From positions 92,008,001 to 92,072,000 of the forward strand of contig CM060731.1 of the NCBI GenBank assembly GCA_030704615.1: a DNA stretch of 64,000 nt, read 5' to 3'. How positions within the stretch are numbered: position 1 is the stretch's first letter; each line of letters begins with the position of its first letter. The notes below the pieces were generated by a model. The model ran no database searches. It saw only the letters and a list, made by a program, of their open reading frames with translations, and had not been told where the DNA came from. Origin of the DNA: Takakia lepidozioides (taxonomy: Eukaryota; Plantae; Bryophyta). Position numbers and translations under genes: made by a program. Positions 24,663-33,268 of the stretch are shown here, piece by piece.

Positions 24663-26434
24663 CTTGTTCAGGCATCTTCGCGGAAGGGAAGGCGAACGCG
24701 GGAGAGGAGATGAGAGGAGGAGAGGGAAAAGAGAAAGCCGCTAGAGGGAAGGGGAGAAAGATCGCGGGGAGACAAAAACAAAAAACAAAAAACCAAACAA
24801 AAGGAATTGATCCCGCGGTGCATCGCAACCTAATCATCATTCTTACCACTACACTACCCCTGAAAACTCAACAACCCCCTCCTGTAATATTATATTTAAG
24901 GTGTTTTAAATTCCCCTCTATATGTATAATGTTGTACATGGGGGGGTTTAAAATACCCCCTCCTGTGCACGCACGTGGCTGGTACATTTAATGAGGAGTG
25001 CACCCCCCAGGCATAAAGGCGCTCCAGAAGGTTGAGTCGGAGTGCATAGATAGACTCCTGGAGCTGTGGTGTCGATTCTATGAGAAGTCAGTTGAGGCTG
25101 CGTTCACCAACACTATTGTTGTTCTTCCAACGTCGACGTGGACGGTGTTGAAGTCATTGGGGGTGGGGCAACGTGAAAGCCTTCTGGAGGTCTTCAAAGG
25201 TTGCCTCAGCACTGAACGACTGGGCAAAGACTTGAAAGAGTGCGATTTCATTTTGGTACCAATTGGGGACGAGTAAGAACTCTTCCGAGTCTGCTGAGAC
25301 TGTCTCCTGAGTCATAGTCTGGTTTCGCAGTGTCGTCTTGACTCTGAGCGATTAAGTTGACCTCTATATTTGTCTAGTGGACTGGGTTTGAAGATTGAGT
25401 CTGCTGAGTCAGCTGAGTGCTGAGTCTGCTGAGTGGTCGGTCTGCTGAGTGTCAGTCCGCTGAGTCTGCCCATCATGATTGTGCAATGATGTCATGTTGT
25501 TTGATACCATTGCAGGGGGCACTGGAGTGTTTGTATCATCGACCTCCGCAAGGGCTGTTACACTCACCTGACCTCTATCAGGGACTCACATAGTTGTCCC
25601 TTTGTTCTAGGGTGGATTCGGAAGCTTCATGCTGAGTGCTTAGGGTACTTGATGGACTCACTGGAGTGGCACGAGATTGTCCAAGCATTTCAGTTCCACG
25701 CGCCTGATGTGCCCCAGCAACCATTCAGCTGGGAGTGTGGCTTTTACGTCATGTCATTCATTCAAGTGTTTTATGAGTGGGCAAAAGTCAGAGGAAATGT
25801 CTCCAAGACTGCAAAGCCAGAGAGAGGAACACCTTTCACGAAGGACTGGTTTACTTTCAAGTTTGCACTTGGGCAGCGAATGCAGTGTGCCCAGTATATC
25901 GTGCGGGGGTTGGACAATCTAGAGAAACTGCTCTCATGAGTATGATGTACTTGTCATGTGAAGTCTATGTACCAAAATAAAAAATGCGAGTATTTTCGCT
26001 TACTATTCCAGTGGCGATGAGCACTTTTGTGTACTGTGGGTGCTGGCATGTTTTGTAATGTTGTCACTAAAGTCAATGGACACAATGGTGTCAATTTTTC
26101 CATGCACTGTGCACCCGAGTCTGCTGAGCTTGAATGTGCGAGCAGTATGCTGCCGAGGCTGGGACTCGTGGGTCTGGTAGGCACCATGTCCATGAGTCCA
26201 CTTGGACGCTGGATTGGCATGAGTCGTTAGGGAGGTAGTCCACTGGGACCCTGTCCATTTTGAGTCTACTATTGTGGATGAGTCTACTTGAGACTTAGTC
26301 TGTCTAGCAGTCTGCTGGGAGAGTTGCATGGATGAGGTGGGAGTGTGGTGAGCAGACGTTTGGAGTGGACAACAAACTAGGCAGCAGACTGACCAGCATA
26401 TTGGCTTACTGGCGTGCGCAGTCTGCTGACTGTG

Positions 26435-26565
26435 ACTCTGTTGGGAGACTGTGCGTGAGTCCGTTGGGAGACTATGCAGGAGTCTGTTGGGAGACTGTGT
26501 GGGAGTCAGTTGGGAGACTGGAAGAGTCCGTTGGGAGACTGGAAGAGTTCGTTGGGAGACTGTGC
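26435..26565. repeat. ~21-bp tandem repeat (GAGTCYGTTGGGAGACTG core)
   Basis: GTTGGGAGACT recurs six times at about 21-bp spacing. Confidence 0.85.
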
Positions 26566-26602
26566 ATGAGTCCATTGCGGACTTGTATTTCAGAAATGGA
26601 CA

Positions 26603-26977
26603 ATGCTACCAGAGGAATTGCAGACTTATATTGTCTTCTTCGTGACACCTACACGACCTGAAACCTTGCGAATTTTCGAGTATATATGTGCTGCAGGTGC
26701 AGGTGCAGACACCCTCTTGCTGGTTCTCCGCAAAACCCTAGGCCGGGTTTTCCAGGCCTCCACGAAATCTCGTCTCCTTTTCAGAGACATGTTGTTGTTG
26801 GTCGTTCAGAGGACGGAAAGCCTTCGCTGCCGCAGGGTGCAACATTCCAGCCGCACTTTTCGCCAGGATATCAACGAGCTGCCCTCTGCACATACGAAGA
26901 GCAGATCGGGCATGTGCCTCCAGGTATTTGTCATCACCTACAATGCAAAGTATGTCCGCGAATTCTTGTTCCATTGA
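26603..26977 (+). CDS. Small TE ORF beginning with an F-box-like motif
   Basis: The start MLPEELQTYIVFFV resembles the LPxEL...I F-box consensus. The remainder is unrecognised. Confidence 0.3.
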   Translation: MLPEELQTYIVFFVTPTRPETLRIFEYICAAGAGADTLLLVLRKTLGRVFQASTKSRLLFRDMLLLVVQRTESLRCRRVQHSSRTFRQDINELPSAHTKSRSGMCLQVFVITYNAKYVREFLFH

Positions 26978-27464
26978 GGCTGAGACCTCCAGAGGTGCCT
27001 CGTCGTAGGGGAAGTCGTCCGGAGGATGTCTTTCCATGAACTGACGGCGATGGGAACCATTCATGGAGGATTACCTAACTTGCTCTTGGGCAATGGTGCT
27101 GGCGTCAACGACGAATCCACGTGCCCATTGAAGACCCTATTATCTTAAAATGAGAGGCGTCTCAAGCAGCCCATATTTTTTAAGCGAAATAAAGCCAGAA
27201 AGCACTCAAACATTATGGGTTGGGACACGCCCTTGTAAAAAAACAGGGGGAAAAACGAAAAAATAGCCAGAAAACTTGCGTTCCCTGGCAGAGTTTCACC
27301 ATAAAGCACCAAAGGAACCACCCCTTGGCGCCTGGGAACTGGATCCCGTGGCAGCTGCAATCCAACGGCCAGCGCCTGTTGGCGTGGTAACCGTGGGGGA
27401 TCTCGCCACGTGAACCGCCCTGGGCCATCCGTTCACCAAGCGTTTTAGGGCTGGAGGGGGTGGC

Positions 27465-28175
27465 AGGGTACCAGACCAGGCGGGTATAAGAAACTGGCAA
27501 TACCCTGGGCAGAATATATTGGGGGAAATATAATAAAACAGTAATACCTGGGCTCCTATCAGACCAGCCTGGTATCACAATGAACGCAGCTTTGTCGATA
27601 CCAGTACCCTGTCTTCCGCCGTAGCTTGCACCCTAGGTAGCAATATGTGGAGCGTTAGGGATTTAGGGTGCAACAGCAATGGAGGGTTGCAGCTCTTTGA
27701 TTGAGGCGATCTGAATGGCGATTTTGGGGGCTATCAATATTGAGGAAGTTGCTGATATTGATGAGATACTCTAGGGTATGCCTCTCTTTCCCTTATGCTT
27801 CCCTTTCATTGTTGTTGACTTTACTCATGTAGGGTATAGGATGCATTATGGCTGAAGTGATCACCTCAGCAGTATAATTTGGACAGATTTTTATTTTATT
27901 TTGCGGCATTCAGCTTTTTAAAAAAAGAAAAAAAGAAAAAAGAAAAATCCTATATTGATACCAGTATTTTGATATACCCCCAGTGTAAGATTTGAAATTT
28001 GCAATACTGATACCATACCATACCAGGCCAAACAAAAACAATATACATACCAGACTGGTACATTAAAAGTATACCTACTTTGATACCATGACCTGCCAGG
28101 TATAAAGGAGGCCTCTTCACCGACATTACCATACCCTGGCTGGTATGAAATGTTGCTGATACCGGTCCAACACTG
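27465..28175. mobile_element. hAT-like non-autonomous element rich in ATACC/GGTAT repeats
   Basis: Many (G)ATACC/GGTAT motifs; ends CCAACACTG (reverse complement CAGTGTTGG, also seen at 48491). The left end is not resolved. Confidence 0.45.
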
Positions 28176-28207
28176 GTCTGAAGGAGAGGGAGTTTTCCAC
28201 TAATTAA

Positions 28208-29011
28208 CCCTTAACTTCCTACGCGACCCAATAAGGGTCGCACTGTTGGACCCAACATCGTAACATCTGCAGATGAAGTCTTTTGTCATCCATTTCTTCT
28301 AAGCATTTATTGCAGATGCGGTGGCTCCAATTTATTGCATGCCATTTGGAGCAGGCAGGCAATCTCCAGATTTTTTTGAAGGGACACGAATTAGAGAAGG
28401 ATGGGTGAAGGAGAGTGGACTAGTGACCCCCTCATTGGGCCACCCCAGATGCTACTCGACCTATATGAATTTAGGTTTTCTCCATTAGATTCTCTTGAAA
28501 ATTTGCCTAGTGCTTCAAGGTGTCCTAAGACAGCCCCTCACCATAGGGATGTGTTTAGTCACAGTTTTTGGGATGACATGTTTTGGAGGACATGTTCAGG
28601 TTTGTATATGCTTGTTATGGATGGACATGACAACCATACAAAGCAGCATATGTAGGAAAATGTTGGTTTGATGTGAAAGTTGGCATGCACTTTATACTTG
28701 TGCTATACATTAAAATTTGGGGTAGGCCTTTTGGAAAACTCAAAAAGCCCTCAACAAGCTTGGTCAAAGCAAATAAAGGTTTATTTCAAAGCAAAAATAA
28801 AAATAAAAACTTTCCCAAATAAACAATATAATCTCTCAAATTCAATGGTGGAATTGCTTAAAATTTGGGGAGATGGTGTAGAGGCCAAGTAGGTATATAG
28901 GTGTATGGTTCATTTTTGTGGATGAATCTTGGTAGGTAGGTAGCCTCCCATTAGTTCCAAGGGGTAGTACTTTTTGAGAGTGAAAATTTTTACCTTGTAA
29001 GAAGTTAAGGG
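28208..29011. mobile_element. Non-autonomous piggyBac-like element (804 bp)
   Basis: TTAA|CCCTTAACTTCCTAC ... GTAAGAAGTTAAGGG|TTAA: 14/15 TIR match, CCC/GGG termini, TTAA at 28204-28207 and 29012-29015. Confidence 0.8.
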
Positions 29012-30546
29012 TTAAACCACGTGCCTGCCCTCTTGAAAAGAAAGTAGTTAGAGAGAGACCCATCCAATGCAGTGCAAGCCCTGTGAAAGTCCTCTTATGC
29101 GTCTATGCTCGGTATAGAGGTTTAGAGCAGCCGGTGTCCACTCATTTTGCTTGCTTTCATGAGAGATCATGGGTACACACCACCATACAAAGTTAACCAG
29201 CGACAATGATGTGGTCACTTGGAAAATTAGGGGTTAGAAATCACAGACAACAGTGGGCCAAACAATGACCAGTAATCCAGGATCATCTTACAATGATCCT
29301 AAGAATGAAATTTAATATCAGGTATGTCATCACTTTACTAGCCTAGCCAACAGTCGGTAGTTTGTGTAATTGTTGGAAATTGGCCCTCTAACAGATTAGG
29401 CGACATTTTACTGCATCACTGGCCACATCCTCTCAAAGACCACATCTAGGTGGAACCAAACGGACTTGCAATGCAGAAAACAGGCATCATGGTCAACTGG
29501 TTGGAAAGGTCTGGAGAACAACTATCAATCACTCCAAATTACAGTTTACAAATTCCTGAAGAGAAGGCTCAGGAAGAGTTAAGAGTGATCCTTGAGGTCC
29601 AGCCTCATCACAAAATAGGTAAGAGTTACTAATTTTTGCCTTCCCTAAGGGCACCAATAAATCACAGGAACAAGCACCCTGACAGCTGACAAAGCTGGGG
29701 AAAAATGCCAAAGCCAGTCCTTGCATACCATCAACCCAGCTGGCACCTCATTGGGAAAAGGATGACATCAAAAAAATTCAGACTCATTATTGATTCCTTA
29801 TTGGTGAGAAATCATCATTGGACTTGACTTTGTCAGAACTGCCTCAGCCTAACTGTGATAACAAAAAACTCATGAGAGCTGTACTCAACCATCTAAAAAC
29901 ATACCCTTTGTCAGAACTGACTCAGCCTAACTGTGATAACAACGACATAGCTAGGGGTGTGATGGCCCAGGAAAATCTGTAGATATCCCATGAATTAGGC
30001 AATGTGGGTAAGTTTCTGATTCACCACTGGCACCATCCCAGAACCCACCCAACCTTTGCCTAAGGAAGGGGACAGTAGCTCCCCATGTGCATCCTAGTGA
30101 AAATGATCTACAGAAAACAAACCTTCAAAAGTACAACAACTTTTCTGAAAGTTATGCTCGAAGTTAAACCATATGCACTGACATAGTGGCAATTATTGCC
30201 TACACAAGAAGTCCCAAGGTTTTTCAGAATTTTGATTTGATGATTATGGAAGTTATCCTTTCCTTTCCTTGTAAGTTCATTCACACAGTGCATGAGATGT
30301 GACAGAAAGCAAGCACGGGCTTAAGAAATCAGCCTGAATAACACACATCCCGGCACATATCTCAAGATACAACTTGCTGACACCAGAAAGAATTAAGTGC
30401 CATAGATTAAGAGGCAATGCATAGTTACACCGAAGGAACAGCAGCTGCCAGGAACGTGGAGGGACCCATGATACCAGTTGGCCTGCAGCAGACAACTTCG
30501 AATTAGTGTCCATAGACTGCTATCTCAGCATACAACTGCAACGAGC

Positions 30547-32694
30547 CTAAGCAGACGATGAAGCACCACTTCGCAGACGAGCTTGCGGTTTCCGTGGCCT
30601 CCGTGGAGCAATCTCAGCCTCAGCCTGCCAAATGGAAACACCAAGAAATCGATTAAGCATTAAGATACATGACAAAAGAAAACACTACGTGAAACAAACA
30701 GAAAATTCTATCTTCATCTCTTGGCAATCTGCAACCACCCTATCTGCTAGTTCCCCTACTAACACTGACTGACTCAACAAGCTAAGAGAGCAGCTCTTCA
30801 AGTAAAGACAGATACTCCTTGTGAATAAAGCTTGCCATATCTTCCACAAACACCCACCCTATCTGCTAGTTCCCCTACTAACACTGACTGACTCAACAAG
30901 CTAAGAGAGCAGCTCTTCAAGTAAAGACAGATACTCCTTGTGAATAAAGCTTGCCATATCTTCCACAAACACCCCCCCCCCCCCCCCTGCGGCAATAAAT
31001 GGAGCCCGTTTGGCCACATATCAAACCACACCTCTAGAGTGAAATGTCAAAACTCACCTCTTTCTTTACCGAAACCTCCTTCTCAGAGAGAGTAAGCTCA
31101 ATGTGGCACGGGGAGGACATGTAAGCTGTTACCCCATATTACAAACACACAAGTCATATACGGTCTATACAGTTGCATACAACCATACACATTATCTCAT
31201 GAGAAAGAGTGGACATAGAATAGTTTCAATGCCTATTGCACCATCATTTTCCTAGACCACTCTTAAACTTAAGCATCCGAACACTCCCCAATTCAGACAT
31301 GAAATTGAAGCAAGACCCAGCCAGATTAAAAGACTAGGGAGAGCATTCGCACGATTGATTCGCCCATGGGCCCGGTATGTCCGCCGGCGTTGTTTCTGTG
31401 CCTTGTTGACCTGAATGTGAGAAACTATGAGGGTGTCTACATCCAGTCCCTTCACCTGCCCACCGGAAACCAGTACCACATACACAACCCCTTCAGGTCA
31501 CACCACACCAGTATGGAGAAGAGGCAAAATAGTCCTTATGCGAGAAAAGAGTAAATGTGAAAGTTGAGATGAACAAACCCAGAGAAAAACAGTGGCTCCA
31601 ACAATGACATGAATAAAGAGGATAGAAGTAACACCTCAGCATTGCTCTCTGCATTCTTCAACAAGCCAAGCAGAAAGGTAGCAGACTTCGCAGGCCACCG
31701 TCCCTGCCCATTAGAATGTCGCGACTTGGCCTGCGCAGTCCGCCCAACCCCACCACAAAATCGGCGGAAAGGAATGGCTTGCTTGCGAGCAAGCACATCC
31801 TCAAGGTAGTGCTTGGCCGTTGACAGCTCCAGCTTCTTAATTCCCTGCGCTGTCTCTCTCGTGTTCTGCAGCAACAACAGGGAAAAATATTATTCAGACT
31901 GAGGTGCATGAATGTCAATGTCACATTTACCACCCGGAAACAAGCTGGTTATAGGGCCCTAACAGTATCCCGGAGGAACTCCACAGATGCTACCAGGACA
32001 CAGCTCTCCAATCCTGCTACCTTTCAATGAGGAGTTTCCACTACCATGGGTAACTAACGTGGACCCTTAAAAGCCTGCCCAACTGCGTAATGAAAGATTC
32101 CGGTAACGTCCTCTTCTATTCGGGAGGCCCTGTTTCACCTTCAGTTTTGTAGCATCATACCTTGAAATGGACGCGGAGATCCGACCCTCTGGCTTTACAT
32201 GCTGCACAGTCAAGAAACCAACAAAGGCGAAATTAGATTCCAGACCGTTGAGTATGTATTTGACATGCAGCCGTGACAAACAAAGCATACCTGCCTTGAA
32301 AAAATTAACCCTACACTGTACACAAGACTCACACTTGGTGGGATTGTCAGGTTCCCTTGCGTACTTAACCTGCGCCATGCCACCACTACCGTCAATTCTC
32401 AACCAAAACTTCCCACTAGATCAAGACCTTCTCACATTGAAGAAGTCAGCGACAAAGAAGAGAGGCTGTTCATTTCCTTGTACGTCAAGACCAGATCGAC
32501 ACTTCACGTAGCAGTCCTGCACAGATACAGGACATCGAACAACGCACGTAGACACCAATACAACATCCAGAGAGCCAGTAAGAGGCGAACAATCGCTCAA
32601 AGCTGTTTCCAACGTGCAGCGCAGGTATGTACACCAACACAACGACGATCAGAAGCAGAAACCAAGCGTGAATACAAAGAAGGCAACGTACCAT
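30547..32694 (-). CDS. RPL17: 60S ribosomal protein L17 (uL22); exons 32694-32692, 32369-32333, 32201-32161, 31865-31635, 31455-31353, 31125-31058, 30624-30547
   Basis: Spliced product M|[13 protein letters not shown]|[13 protein letters not shown]|NTRETAQ...[10 protein letters not shown]...GRWPAKSA...NAESNAE|VKGLDVD...[13 protein letters not shown]|[10 protein letters not shown]...; all introns GT-AG and in phase. Confidence 0.97.
30735..30972. repeat. 119-bp near-perfect tandem duplication in the last RPL17 intron
   Basis: CCACCCTATCTGCTAG...TTCCACAAACACC occurs twice with period 119, followed by a C run. Confidence 0.9.
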
Positions 32695-33268
32695 GGCTGC
32701 AGGCGGCCGGGCGAAGGGCCGCTGAAAAGAGAGAGAGAGAGAGAGAGAGAGAGGGTGTTCAGTGTGCACAGCAGTTTTAGGTTTGTCCAGGCCAGATCAC
32801 GGGTAGGGTTAATACCTTGTTCGCAAGACGTTCTCACACTATGGGTACACCAAGCGCAAGTGAAAGTTTAGGTTCGTGATGTGGTACGGCTAAATTTCAA
32901 CTGGTTCGGTCCGAACCTCACGTTATGGCCATCGCCTTTTGTCAGCAGCTTCACGCTCTCTCCTCTGGCTGTTCGACGGATCGTGTTCCATTGAATTCTG
33001 TGAGTTGATGTTAGGTTGAGTCATTCACAGTACCCGTCTGGTACTCTTGGAAATCAGTAGAAAGGTGGTTTGTTTGCAACGTATGGCCGTGATTCTCGTT
33101 ACATGTCGAGGGAGTGTCCAATCGATTGTAAATTCTTTGAGGCGTCGGGAACAGGAGGAGAATTGCGTTCCGAAACACTAAACTGTTGACAGAATTCAGA
33201 TATAAATCTAGGCAGGATCATGTGAGTTGCGGAGAAGTAACGAAGCAACCCATTCTGCAAGCGGGGAT
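32695..33268. promoter_or_regulatory. Probable bidirectional promoter region between RPL17 and the RH18-like gene
   Basis: Divergent start codons are separated by 574 bp. A (TC)n leader lies on the RPL17 side and a telo-box-like TAGGGTT at about 32804. Confidence 0.55.

Larger units (their letters stand above)
19948..25011. mobile_element. Non-autonomous TIR element (8-bp TSD; hAT- or Mutator-like) carrying PPR-DYW fragments (Pack-type)
   Basis: TIRs CCTGGGGGGTGCACTC (19948-19963) and GAGTGCACCCCCCAGG (24996-25011), extending imperfectly to about 43 bp. TSD CATAAAGG at 19940-19947 and 25012-25019. ACCCCCTCCTGT subterminal repeats at both ends. Confidence 0.88.
16086..25939 (+). pseudogene. 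Multi-exon TE gene with N-terminal C2HC-like finger, Q/T-rich repeats and C-terminal Ulp1/C48 SUMO-protease domain, interrupted by the 19948-25011 insertion
   Basis: N-terminal FCLFCEE...LNRHCVDTGC. Removing the insertion restores ...CGLSPDDIKALQKVESECID..., then FILVPIGDE|(intron)GHWSVCIIDL...VPQQPFSWECGFYVM...DWF. Several premature stops lie upstream. Confidence 0.75.
13750..27290 (+). mobile_element. Large degenerate DNA transposon carrying a Ulp1 protease gene (Mutator/VANDAL-like or related); boundaries approximate
   Basis: Contains a Ulp1 gene, an F-box-like ORF and decayed coding-like sequence at 13750-15500 (AFMMDESTTDIS; HCRICQETD). The element-wide AGTCTG/CAGACT motif is present on both sides of the nested insertion. 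Termini and superfamily are not established. Confidence 0.55.

Noticed and set aside
24847-24860. CACTACACTACCCC as a CACTA terminus for the Ulp1 element
   Set aside because: It lies inside the TIR/TSD-defined 19948-25011 element, and no partner TAGTG end with a 3-bp TSD was found.
30625-32690. Intronic snoRNAs in RPL17
   Set aside because: No convincing C/D box pair with terminal stem or H/ACA structure was seen by eye; a covariance-model search would be needed.
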